Virus record (IMG/VR): IMGVR_UViG_3300049811_000081
Span: 46,305 to 110,304 of that record
DNA: 64,000 bases
Direction: 5' to 3' (one strand)
Source: a virus
Below the pieces are notes generated by a model. That model had not been told where the DNA came from, searched no databases, and was given only the letters and a program-made list of their open reading frames with translations. Shown piece after piece: positions 1 to 8,275 of this stretch. A program made the position numbers and the translations under genes. Every line of letters begins with the position of its first letter. The first letter of the stretch is position 1.

Positions 1-172
1 AGGATTTATATAACCGTATTCCCGTAACCTTAGATGGAACCTTTGGGGAGAACTCCATAGATAAGGTTACACCTTCTCCATCATTTTTGGGTTCGCTCGA
101 TGGGGAGGGTAATTCTTGTCCTAATGTTGATAGACAAAACAATAATGCCAAAATTGATAACAACTTTTTCAT
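1..172 (-). CDS. Partial secreted protein with signal peptide and start of a DUF4082-like domain (runs off the window edge; absent from ORF track)
   Basis: Manual translation MKKLLSILALLFCLSTLGQELPSPSSEPKNDGEGVTLSMEFSPKVPSKVTGIRLYKS: hydrophobic signal peptide, then a segment resembling the DUF4082 start of ORF 50883-52184 (GVNLGTVF...KAIRFYK). Confidence 0.55.
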   Translation of the reverse strand, partial: MKKLLSILALLFCLSTLGQELPSPSSEPKNDGEGVTLSMEFSPKVPSKVTGIRLYKS

Positions 173-246
173 AGTTTTTGGTTTTTAATTTAAGATCGAA
201 TTTAAGTACAAATTTTTAAAACCGTAAATAAAAAAATTAATTCGTT

Positions 247-657
247 TTATTGATCGGAGGATACCATTAGATAGGGGTGTTCACAAACGTTACCAATAAC
301 CTCACATTCTTTCTCCCATCCATATAAATCATCACCACAGTCTCCCATGACATATTTACCGTTTTCAAAAGTGACGGTACTAAGATCTTCATCGGAACTA
401 AACCTTAATATGTCCCCCTCATATATCTCATTTCCATTTTTATCAAGTAATCCAGAAAATTGATGCATTTCTTTAAATCGAATTGCTGGAACCAACATTT
501 CAGCATAATTACCTCCCGAACCCAAAAATCCCGAACCGGTACTTTTTTCACATTTATGCCAACTCTTCGAAATAACGAAATCCCATTGCCATGGAATGAC
601 ACCATAATGCATTTTTTCACCATCCCATGCTCTGAATTTGTATTGATCGTATTTCAT
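247..657 (-). CDS. YopX family protein
   Basis: KFRAWD at N-terminus, QFSGLLDKNGNEIYEGDIL, C-terminal EVIGNVCEHP. Confidence 0.9.
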   Translation of the reverse strand: MKYDQYKFRAWDGEKMHYGVIPWQWDFVISKSWHKCEKSTGSGFLGSGGNYAEMLVPAIRFKEMHQFSGLLDKNGNEIYEGDILRFSSDEDLSTVTFENGKYVMGDCGDDLYGWEKECEVIGNVCEHPYLMVSSDQ

Positions 658-1013
658 GATAACAGTTCTTTATTTTCAAAAATATTACCGAGAACAACAA
701 CATTTCGTTTATCGAAGTCTTCGGTTATGTCATGGATTGAACCATCGGTATTTTCAACGTAGTAACGAGCAAGTTTTTCTGACCACTTAATGATGTATTT
801 ATGATCATTTATCATCAATATATCATTCTCATATATGTCTTGTCCGTCACCATCATTTAATCCTGTATAACTCATTAAAACATCACCATGATCCAATGGA
901 TATATTTCACCAAAGAAATCCGATAAACCTCCTGTGTCCTCATTTTCGTAATGCCAAGAGTTGATCATTTCTTCTAGGTTATCCAACCAAACTCTGAATT
1001 TAAGTTCTCTCAT
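654..1013 (-). CDS. YopX family protein (second tandem copy)
   Basis: MRELKFRVW, SYTGLNDGDGQDIYENDIL, VVLGNIFENKELL; start moved to the ATG at 1013. Confidence 0.9.
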   Translation of the reverse strand: MRELKFRVWLDNLEEMINSWHYENEDTGGLSDFFGEIYPLDHGDVLMSYTGLNDGDGQDIYENDILMINDHKYIIKWSEKLARYYVENTDGSIHDITEDFDKRNVVVLGNIFENKELLS

Positions 1014-1036
1014 TTTGTATTTTTTTAATGTTGTGT

Positions 1037-1378
1037 TTAATCGTATAACCACCTATTGATGATAAGTTTATTTCCTCTCTTTGTCTTAGGTCTAACACCA
1101 TCTTCGGACATAACCAATTCAATTTGTTTTGCTGTCAATGCATCGAATTCCAACATTTTAAATGTGGGAATTCCTTTAAATTTTTTTGTTGAGGCGACAA
1201 TTTTAAATTGATTGGGGAGATCATAATCATTTAAATTATCTATTTGCCACAAAGAATATGTCCCGTCCACCAATCTTTCAACACATATAATGGGAAAATT
1301 TTCTTCCATTGTTAAATGGTCATCAATAATGACATAAAAATCATCTACCTTAACAAATTTAAATTTCTTTAAAATCAT
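1037..1378 (-). CDS. Hypothetical phage protein
   Basis: 113-aa ORF in tightly packed minus-strand array; KIVAST...RPKT resembles KVIAQ...QPKF of 4031-4720. Confidence 0.6.
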   Translation of the reverse strand: MILKKFKFVKVDDFYVIIDDHLTMEENFPIICVERLVDGTYSLWQIDNLNDYDLPNQFKIVASTKKFKGIPTFKMLEFDALTAKQIELVMSEDGVRPKTKRGNKLIINRWLYD

Positions 1379-1381
1379 AAA

Positions 1382-1588
1382 TTACTCGGTGGCTTTTAAC
1401 GCAATATCAATTTTTAATAATAGACTTTCCGTGGTGCGTAACATGGTTTGTAAAACACCCCTGATTTCTGTTATTTTTTTCCCCTCTTCTCCGTGTGTGT
1501 AGTCTTCAATCATCATTAAATCAAAATCGGCATCGTCGATTAATTCGCGAGCATCCATTAGTTTTTGTTTTATAGTTTTTGTTGCCAT
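1382..1588 (-). CDS. Hypothetical helical protein
   Basis: 68-aa ORF, 2-3 nt gaps to both neighbours. Confidence 0.6.
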   Translation of the reverse strand: MATKTIKQKLMDARELIDDADFDLMMIEDYTHGEEGKKITEIRGVLQTMLRTTESLLLKIDIALKATE

Positions 1589-1590
1589 AA

Positions 1591-2055
1591 TTAAAGGTTC
1601 ATGTCGCTAACAGTATTTTTGAAAATATTCACCAACTGATCGGATAGTTTAAACCTATCTTTATTAAATTCAATAGATTTGGTTATACTACCATCCTTCG
1701 TCCTTTCTGATGCCGCTTTCCAATCAAAAAACATTTCAACAATATCCATTAAATTCATTCCATCAACACCATCATTACCATAATGTTGGGGGTGGTGTGA
1801 ATTATATTCGTAGTGATGATTTAAAGCAACATCCAATTCTTTTAAACATTCTTTGTATTCATCACTACCATATTCCAAGTCTTTTAATTTTGGTGTTAAC
1901 TTGTCAAATAATTCTTTTTCCGGATAACGTAATTTACTGTCATCATGTCTGATTGATCTATCGATGATCTCCTTTGCAAATTTTAATAAGAGCTCATTAA
2001 CTCTCCTGATATGTATTAACGTTTCTGCGGTAGAATCGTATTGATTTGTATCCAT
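1591..2055 (-). CDS. DUF5662-like HD-superfamily protein
   Basis: H...HDDSK, HHYEYNSHHPQHY and EMFFDWKAAS motifs. Confidence 0.75.
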   Translation of the reverse strand: MDTNQYDSTAETLIHIRRVNELLLKFAKEIIDRSIRHDDSKLRYPEKELFDKLTPKLKDLEYGSDEYKECLKELDVALNHHYEYNSHHPQHYGNDGVDGMNLMDIVEMFFDWKAASERTKDGSITKSIEFNKDRFKLSDQLVNIFKNTVSDMNL

Positions 2056-2059
2056 TTTT

Positions 2060-2275
2060 TTAAATATTATCGGTGAATTTGTTTTTAGGAGTTTTAGTTA
2101 GATCCTGAACTCTGACATCACGAATTTTTTTAACCTTATCCTCCATTTCTTTCTTTTTGTTTCTTATCTTATCGAAGAACTCGTTGACCTTCTTTAGTTC
2201 TTCGTCAGTTACTTCAATAACCTTTTCAGATTTCACCTCTCCGTTTGAATATGATCTCATTATTATCTTGTTCAT
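2060..2275 (-). CDS. Hypothetical protein
   Basis: 71-aa ORF in operon-like array. Confidence 0.55.
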   Translation of the reverse strand: MNKIIMRSYSNGEVKSEKVIEVTDEELKKVNEFFDKIRNKKKEMEDKVKKIRDVRVQDLTKTPKNKFTDNI

Positions 2276-2286
2276 ATGTTTTGTTT

Positions 2287-2802
2287 TTAAACAATAAATC
2301 CTCGATGTTCATTTAATGTAATCAATTCCCCACTTTTCTGATATATCTGATTGGCTCTATGTGACATAACCACATTAATAGCCGCAGATAGATTTAAACA
2401 ATGTGCGGTGGGTATTTGAACAAATCGATGACAATGTTGTAAAATTGTTGAGGGTATTCCACCGTCTTCGGGTCCAAAAATGTAGAATGCATTTTCAGGA
2501 TGTTCAAAATCAAATAAGTTTTCAGAATTTTCAACCAATTCTATCGCCACCGGAACATATCCCTTAAATTCATCTTTAAACTTTTCTGACTTACTTAGTT
2601 CAACATCCTTATATCCCTTCATTCTTTCTTCCCTTGGCATACGATATTCCCTGAATTCTTCCGAATTCATCCAATCCTTGGGGAGAGGAACTCTATTACC
2701 ACTCCAAATTAATTTTGGGATCCTCCAACAAGATGCAGAACGGATTGCTGCCCCAACATTATGGGGAAATTTTGGATTATATAATGCAATTGCTGTTGAC
2801 AT
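2287..2802 (-). CDS. SpoU/TrmH-family (SPOUT) RNA 2'-O-methyltransferase
   Basis: PKFPHNVGAAIRS motif 1, IFGPEDGGI motif 2, VQIP...CLNLSAA motif 3. Confidence 0.88.
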   Translation of the reverse strand: MSTAIALYNPKFPHNVGAAIRSASCWRIPKLIWSGNRVPLPKDWMNSEEFREYRMPREERMKGYKDVELSKSEKFKDEFKGYVPVAIELVENSENLFDFEHPENAFYIFGPEDGGIPSTILQHCHRFVQIPTAHCLNLSAAINVVMSHRANQIYQKSGELITLNEHRGFIV

Positions 2803-2807
2803 AATGT

Positions 2808-3272
2808 TTATCGGTTAAACCAAATTATGGTATCAAAATCAGTTCTGATTGATTTATGTTTAACATCACTCGGATATATGTCTATGTCCGATTCCATGTT
2901 GTTCTTAACGTATCTTCCAAATCCATCATAATCAATAAATGATCCGTCTTCACAACACTCAATGAATTCATCCAATTTCATGACATCACCAAAGGTCGAT
3001 AATTCACTAAAAATTGGTTTTTTTACCAATCGATATGCTCGACTTTTTATCGCAACTTTAGTGTTTACCTCTCTCATGAAATCATTGATTTCTTTATAGT
3101 CTAAAAATCTGTCAATGGGTAACTCATCAAATCTTTTACTTTGTTCTTCGGACGCTTGCTCATATTCCCATTCCAACCTGTTAATATATAAATCAGTTCC
3201 TTTAGCCCAAGCAACATCAGTTGGAATACAGCCCCAAATATCTAAACACACTCTTTTGTATTCCTTATCCAA
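2808..3272 (-). CDS. Hypothetical phage protein
   Basis: 154-aa ORF; acidic FIDYDGFG motif, C-terminal WFNR. Confidence 0.6.
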   Translation of the reverse strand: MDKEYKRVCLDIWGCIPTDVAWAKGTDLYINRLEWEYEQASEEQSKRFDELPIDRFLDYKEINDFMREVNTKVAIKSRAYRLVKKPIFSELSTFGDVMKLDEFIECCEDGSFIDYDGFGRYVKNNMESDIDIYPSDVKHKSIRTDFDTIIWFNR

Positions 3273-3276
3273 CTAA

Positions 3277-3501
3277 TTAAGATTTGATGTATCTACGGAT
3301 GATTTCGTCCTTTAAGATCTCTACCGCAACTCTATGGCAATCCATTGTATTGACATGAAGTTCTTCTGAAACTTTATCTCTAAAAGACATCAAAAATCCT
3401 TTTTCTAATTCACCTGTTGAATGATATTCTATGAGTTCTTTTCCCATTTCTTTCAATGTGATGTCATCGAGCCCCTTCAAATAATCCAAATAGTGTAACA
3501 T
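3277..3501 (-). CDS. Hypothetical protein
   Basis: 74-aa ORF in array. Confidence 0.55.
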   Translation of the reverse strand: MLHYLDYLKGLDDITLKEMGKELIEYHSTGELEKGFLMSFRDKVSEELHVNTMDCHRVAVEILKDEIIRRYIKS

Positions 3502-3508
3502 TTTATTA

Positions 3509-3847
3509 CTATTTTACGATTGTGACATTGGTACTAATATAAGTAATTTTTTCGGTTTTTTTTAACCTAACATACCCGTGGACGTACTTTTTTTTCTTTT
3601 TGCTAAAGAATTGCGTTTCTTCCGAAATGTGATCGTCAATAACGGTATCCAATACTTTGGGGTCATATTCCCTGTTATAAAAGAATTCATATTTTACTTT
3701 TTCACATTCAACAACGTAAAAACCATCCATACGTTTATAGATGATACCATTTACGTGATGATTAAACCTTCTGTGTAAAATCATATCAACCTCAACACCA
3801 CACTCAGAATGATCAATTCCTGCCTCTTTAAATTCAATTTTATCCAT
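3509..3847 (-). CDS. Hypothetical protein
   Basis: 112-aa ORF in array. Confidence 0.55.
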   Translation of the reverse strand: MDKIEFKEAGIDHSECGVEVDMILHRRFNHHVNGIIYKRMDGFYVVECEKVKYEFFYNREYDPKVLDTVIDDHISEETQFFSKKKKKYVHGYVRLKKTEKITYISTNVTIVK

Positions 3848-3857
3848 AGATTTATTT

Positions 3858-4034
3858 TTACGCGATTAATAACAGGTAAGATAAAATCGATACTATTGAT
3901 ATCATCTGATACACGGTTAACCACACAAGTCTTACACCATCTCTATTCGTTAATTTTTCCAACTCCACAAAATATCTTCTGTATGTTGAGAACAATCCAT
4001 AAAAGGGAATGAAATCGGTAATTCGATATTTCAT
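3858..4034 (-). CDS. Small membrane protein (58 aa, below ORF-track cutoff)
   Basis: MKYRITDFIPFYGLF...VRLVWLTVYQMISIVSILSYLLLIA; ATGA overlap with upstream stop and fills the gap. Confidence 0.6.
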   Translation of the reverse strand: MKYRITDFIPFYGLFSTYRRYFVELEKLTNRDGVRLVWLTVYQMISIVSILSYLLLIA

Positions 4035-4720
4035 AATAATTTAATTATTTTAACTTTACCATTGGTAAACTTAGGTTGTAGGGTTACATGTCTTGTTAAA
4101 CCTTTTCCACCAATTTCATCAAGGGGTCTCAATCCACCTGAAATAACAGATTGGGTTTGTTCCATTTCCAATTCCACTTCCCATGATTTGGGTTGAGATA
4201 GAAATTTGAATTTATTTTCAAGTTCTTCAGTAATATTTGTTATAGATAATCCACTCGATCTTTTACCTTCTGCCATTAATGCTGACCAAGCCATTAATTG
4301 TTTTATATCCTCCAACGTAAACATTCTATCTGTAAGTTCTTGTGCTTTTTGAAAGCCTTTTTGGTAGTTATTGAAATGGTCATTTTTATTAGTTTCACCA
4401 AAACTTATGGTCTTGGTATCTTCTAGCCAATACTTCTCAACATCAAACCACCCAATCTCTTTAAGTTTATCTTCGGGTATATCTTCTGAAAAAGTAATTT
4501 GGTCTTGTTGAGCAATTACTTTTACTACACTACTTCTTAAATTATATGGACCATAATCAATTATCTTATCATTATGACCATCTACTTTAATTATATCAGT
4601 AACTTCTCTTATATTGGCAGGTAACCCATTTGAATAAAAATCTAATCTTTTATCACCAATTATTATTTCTTCATCAGAAACAACAACAAAACCCCCTTTC
4701 AGTTTATACAATCTATACAT
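4031..4720 (-). CDS. Hypothetical phage protein
   Basis: 229-aa ORF in array. Confidence 0.6.
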   Translation of the reverse strand: MYRLYKLKGGFVVVSDEEIIIGDKRLDFYSNGLPANIREVTDIIKVDGHNDKIIDYGPYNLRSSVVKVIAQQDQITFSEDIPEDKLKEIGWFDVEKYWLEDTKTISFGETNKNDHFNNYQKGFQKAQELTDRMFTLEDIKQLMAWSALMAEGKRSSGLSITNITEELENKFKFLSQPKSWEVELEMEQTQSVISGGLRPLDEIGGKGLTRHVTLQPKFTNGKVKIIKLL

Positions 4721-4722
4721 AT

Positions 4723-5283
4723 CTAAACCAATTTATTTTCAAACAAAAGATCCAGATATTCAATCATTTCGTGACACCAGTGAATTGACGGAGGAGTTTC
4801 TCCACAAATTCCTTTTATGAACTTGGAGTTTTCGTTCCTATAACCCTCAAACATTCTGCTTTTAGTCAGCTTACTGTACTGGACATTTGCTATCCTGTCA
4901 CAGAGTTTGACAAAATCTGCACATGGAGTATTTCGAATACCCTCATAATATTTCTCATTCGCCTTTTCAGCTCTTGTTTTACCCTTTTCATTCGTTACTG
5001 CGTATATCATATCAGCAACATCATCACCCAATTTTCTTTTTACGTCGTTATAACTTTTCCTGCAATCCTCAATTAGGTCGTGACCCCAACACGCCATCTC
5101 GACCCTATCACGTAAACTACCGTAGGATAAATTTAGGGTATTACCAATAATTAAATGTTGAAATTGTTTAAAATTTTCAACAACCATCCTTAAATGGAAT
5201 TCATACGGGAGATAATCATCGTAAAAATGATTGGTGTTTCTGTGTTGGTCAATACACCATTGGATGTTTTCTACCTTATTCAT
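4723..5283 (-). CDS. HD-domain hydrolase, SpoT/Mesh1-like small alarmone hydrolase type
   Basis: PYEFHL, WGHDLIED, VTNEKG, VKLCDRIAN motifs; start placed at MNKVEN downstream of a promoter-like motif. Confidence 0.82.
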   Translation of the reverse strand: MNKVENIQWCIDQHRNTNHFYDDYLPYEFHLRMVVENFKQFQHLIIGNTLNLSYGSLRDRVEMACWGHDLIEDCRKSYNDVKRKLGDDVADMIYAVTNEKGKTRAEKANEKYYEGIRNTPCADFVKLCDRIANVQYSKLTKSRMFEGYRNENSKFIKGICGETPPSIHWCHEMIEYLDLLFENKLV

Positions 5284-5299
5284 AAAAAATGTTTGTATA

Positions 5300-5307
5300 C
5301 AAATATA
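5300..5307 (-). promoter_or_regulatory. Bacteroidota-type -7 promoter element TATATTTG
   Basis: Matches TAnnTTTG just upstream of the HD gene ATG (5283); -33 element degenerate. Confidence 0.5.
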
Positions 5308-5336
5308 CATATTTTATCTGATATAAAAAATATTTT

Positions 5337-5642
5337 TTAGTCCCCACCACACGAACTACACGAACTGCAAGAGGATCCTCCACTATCCTCACCACCAAAA
5401 GAACCTCCGGCACCTCCTCCACCAAAATCTCCTCCCCCAAAATTTGTATCACGGGATGATAAATCCGAACTCATAAATCCCGAACTATGATCATATGAAC
5501 CACCGTATTTATCGTTTCTTGATGAAACATACCCACCCCTATTTTTTTTGTTCCTTCTTTTGGATCTGTTGGCCAAAAAATAAAAGATACCAATTAAAGA
5601 TAAGGTTAGTAAAATAATCGACATAAATTGAATTATAGTCAT
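5337..5642 (-). CDS. Single-pass membrane protein with Gly/Ser/Cys-rich tail
   Basis: N-terminal TM helix, basic stop-transfer segment, tail FGGGDFGGGGAGG...SSCSSCSSCGGD. Confidence 0.7.
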   Translation of the reverse strand: MTIIQFMSIILLTLSLIGIFYFLANRSKRRNKKNRGGYVSSRNDKYGGSYDHSSGFMSSDLSSRDTNFGGGDFGGGGAGGSFGGEDSGGSSCSSCSSCGGD

Positions 5643-6103
5643 AACAGATGTTTTATTTCGTCAATTAATACTTTGATTATTGATTTGATGTCTCCGATTG
5701 GAATAACCCAATATTTTTTTAAATCAACGATAAGATTATTTTGTTCGTACCACCTTGTCCATATATGTCTTGGAGCTTCTTGTTTAAAGTTTTTTTTATA
5801 TAATTCTAATGTTGAGACGTAATCGTATATTTTGGTTTCCCTTTTGTCTGTGGGAACATGATGTATAAATTTTTTAAAAACGGTATCACACATTTTCTTA
5901 TAGTCTTTCGTAAAAAGAAGATGTGTGTGCCAAACCCTGTCAATGGGTGGTGAGGGAGATACATTAGACATAGACGCTAAAAATAAAAATTTCTTATACT
6001 CATCAATAACCTCCGTGGCGTATTCGATACTCCACCAATTTTCTTTCATAATTCTAGAAAGAAACAGGTCATGATTTTCTACCAATTTAAAATCAAAATT
6101 CAT
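5639..6103 (-). CDS. Glycine-rich-domain-protein (GRDP)-like domain protein
   Basis: EYKKFLFL, PSPPIDRVWHTHLLFTKDY, FIHHVP, Y..TLELY...F motifs. Confidence 0.75.
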   Translation of the reverse strand: MNFDFKLVENHDLFLSRIMKENWWSIEYATEVIDEYKKFLFLASMSNVSPSPPIDRVWHTHLLFTKDYKKMCDTVFKKFIHHVPTDKRETKIYDYVSTLELYKKNFKQEAPRHIWTRWYEQNNLIVDLKKYWVIPIGDIKSIIKVLIDEIKHLL

Positions 6104-6110
6104 GTATTAA

Positions 6111-6416
6111 TTAATTTACGTTTTTATGTGTATGAATGAACATTTTGATTTTAAGTGAAACCCTATTCAATTCCTCAAAAACATCGGGATCATCATTTTT
6201 CAAATTTTGTAACTCATCATCCCTGACTTTCCTTAAAGATAAATTCTCACAATCAAAATTTGGTTTATAGAACGATAGAATTTCCCCACAACTTGCACAA
6301 ATCGAAAAATCACCGTTTTTTGGGACTTCTTCACCACCATCAGCGGGTGTTGCACCACTTAAATTGTCCCCACAAGTAGGACATAAAATTTCATAAGAAA
6401 ATATTGTCGTTTTCAT
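6111..6416 (-). CDS. Zinc-ribbon protein
   Basis: CPTCG and CASCG pairs. Confidence 0.65.
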   Translation of the reverse strand: MKTTIFSYEILCPTCGDNLSGATPADGGEEVPKNGDFSICASCGEILSFYKPNFDCENLSLRKVRDDELQNLKNDDPDVFEELNRVSLKIKMFIHTHKNVN

Positions 6417-6431
6417 ATAAATTAATTTCCA

Positions 6432-6462
6432 CTAAGATATGGAGTTTTATTGATTTTACAAA
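6432..6462 (-). promoter_or_regulatory. Bacteroidota-type promoter variant (TTTG-N19-TATCTTAG)
   Basis: Heads the 6416-to-1 minus-strand array; one mismatch to TAnnTTTG. Confidence 0.5.
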
Positions 6463-6498
6463 AAAAAATGAATAATATTTATAATAAAATACTATATT

Positions 6499-6825
6499 AT
6501 GAAAAGAAATTTTTGGATTGAAAAGGTAATTCCTATCGGTATTGCGATACTAATCGTTGTTGTTTTGGTTAAAAATCTAATGGATCCCACATCTACAATT
6601 GGGTGGGAGTATGAAAGAACCAGTTTATTTAATAAGGTATTAGGGGGTGTGTTTTTAAGCATGGTACCTCTTATCTTTATTACGGGAGATAGGTGGCATG
6701 TTGTTAAAAACAACCACAATTTTGATTTAATGATAAAACTATTGATGGTTGCAATCTCTCTCGTATTGTTCTTTTTTGCTTCCGTTGGTTGGTCATATGA
6801 TCATTTACACAACCCGTATCTATGA
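6499..6825 (+). CDS. Three-TM membrane protein
   Basis: Three hydrophobic segments; ATATTTAT at 6475-6482 upstream. Confidence 0.65.
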   Translation: MKRNFWIEKVIPIGIAILIVVVLVKNLMDPTSTIGWEYERTSLFNKVLGGVFLSMVPLIFITGDRWHVVKNNHNFDLMIKLLMVAISLVLFFFASVGWSYDHLHNPYL

Positions 6826-7325
6826 TTTATTTTATACCGAAGAATTGGCATAATTCAATACGATTACCGTCGTTAAAGAGAGGTCATTCATTATCAAAAA
6901 AGGTAATTCTTGATAACACCTGCAAGTATAAATTCGATACTGTTGACGATTTGGATTGGAATAAATTAATTGGTTATACGTTTAATTTTTCCGGTGTCCA
7001 TCGAAACAGTTTAAGGATTGGTTGGCGATATAATTCATTGAAAGATATTTTCGAACTATCTGTTTACTATTATTTAAATGGTGTGAAATACTTTAACATG
7101 AACCCTCAATTTGAGGTTGGGTCGGATAAAATGTTTCATGTTAAGTTTGTTCCAAACTATACGGAAAGATATATTGATGTTTTAATCGATAACAAAACGA
7201 TATATAATTTACCTATTCCTGAAAACATAAAGTTTTCTAAAAAAAGTTGGGGTTGGAAATTATTTCCGTATTTTGGTGGAAATAGAAAGTCTCCACATTT
7301 GATGAGAGTTGAGATAAAAAAATAA
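6822..7325 (+). CDS. Beta-rich protein, possibly a concanavalin/LamG-like fold
   Basis: WNKLIGY, LRIGWRY, LFPYFGGN; aromatic-rich beta-strand pattern. Confidence 0.5.
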   Translation: MIYFIPKNWHNSIRLPSLKRGHSLSKKVILDNTCKYKFDTVDDLDWNKLIGYTFNFSGVHRNSLRIGWRYNSLKDIFELSVYYYLNGVKYFNMNPQFEVGSDKMFHVKFVPNYTERYIDVLIDNKTIYNLPIPENIKFSKKSWGWKLFPYFGGNRKSPHLMRVEIKK

Positions 7326-7348
7326 ACCACCGATTGGTGGTTTATTTT
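7319..7348. terminator. Bidirectional intrinsic terminator
   Basis: AATAAACCACC-GATT-GGTGGTTTATT between convergent genes, flanked by A and T runs. Confidence 0.8.
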
Positions 7349-7376
7349 ATTTGTTTAACATCAAGGAGGGTAAAAA

Positions 7377-7640
7377 TTAAATCGCTTCTATCTTGTTCCC
7401 AACAATAAAAGTTGATGTTCCGTTATTTTCATCAAAATTAACAAGATAACATTCGTATCCTGACACATTCATTCCTCCCACTACGGTTCCCTCAGAAAGA
7501 AGATCATGAACATCTCCATCTTCTTTCATTACCTTTCTAACTCGCTGACCTTCTCGATGAGTTACTCCATCAAAATTTTTCATTTCAGAAAAAAGTTTTT
7601 CAAACTCTTCTTTGGTGATTTTGTTTAATCCTACTTTCAT
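7377..7640 (-). CDS. Hypothetical protein (SH3/KOW-like)
   Basis: 87 aa; GQRVRK...EGTVVG...YLVNFD beta pattern. Confidence 0.55.
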   Translation of the reverse strand: MKVGLNKITKEEFEKLFSEMKNFDGVTHREGQRVRKVMKEDGDVHDLLSEGTVVGGMNVSGYECYLVNFDENNGTSTFIVGNKIEAI

Positions 7641-7651
7641 TTCTTTTTATT

Positions 7652-8275
7652 TTATCCGAGTGATTGATGTGTGATTATTCCTTTTTCAACATGAAAATTC
7701 AGCCTTTCTCTGTTAAGGTCTGCGGTTCCCAAATATTTAACACCGTCTTGAACCATAATTCGGAAGTCAACATCATAGGTGTTTAATATTCTTGTGAGAT
7801 CCTTAATTTTTTTCCCAACATGATTTTCACTAATTAGTTGAAACCTTTTAAAATTTTTAAAATCATCATTGGTTTTCTTGATGTCTTCTCCACCATATTT
7901 TAATTTTAGTTCTTCATACAATTTCCTTTCATTCTCTTCAATTGTTCTTTTCTTTTTTTCCGCAGCTTCTTTCCTTTTTTTCTTTAGTTCATTTTCTTTT
8001 TTTATTCTGGTGTTGTATTCATCGTCGGTTTCTTCTTTATAACAAACCAATCTAATTTCGTATTCATCAAATGAACGCGTATGCTCAACCTCTATTTTTT
8101 TATAATCTTCTATTGGTGTTAATTTGTTCTTAAAATAATTTTCATGTTCGGTGATCGCTTTCGCAATGGTTTGTCTTAGATTGGTTAATCTTTCGATAAT
8201 GAGATCCACATCACCACTTAAAATGTCATCAATATAGACATTTGGCGCGTCTTTTATTTCAATCAGTTTCTTCAT
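7652..8275 (-). CDS. Coiled-coil protein with C-terminal I78/potato-inhibitor-I-like domain
   Basis: ETDDEYNTRI plus charged coil; C-terminal VGKKI...FRIMVQDG...GTADLNRERLNFHVEKGIIT matches the T-x-D-x-x-x-x-R-L-N inhibitor loop pattern. Confidence 0.55.
   Translation of the reverse strand: MKKLIEIKDAPNVYIDDILSGDVDLIIERLTNLRQTIAKAITEHENYFKNKLTPIEDYKKIEVEHTRSFDEYEIRLVCYKEETDDEYNTRIKKENELKKKRKEAAEKKKRTIEENERKLYEELKLKYGGEDIKKTNDDFKNFKRFQLISENHVGKKIKDLTRILNTYDVDFRIMVQDGVKYLGTADLNRERLNFHVEKGIITHQSLG

Noticed and set aside
247-1013. Tandem YopX genes as a novel system
   Set aside because: YopX duplicates are common in phage accessory regions; nothing beyond an insertion in the first copy
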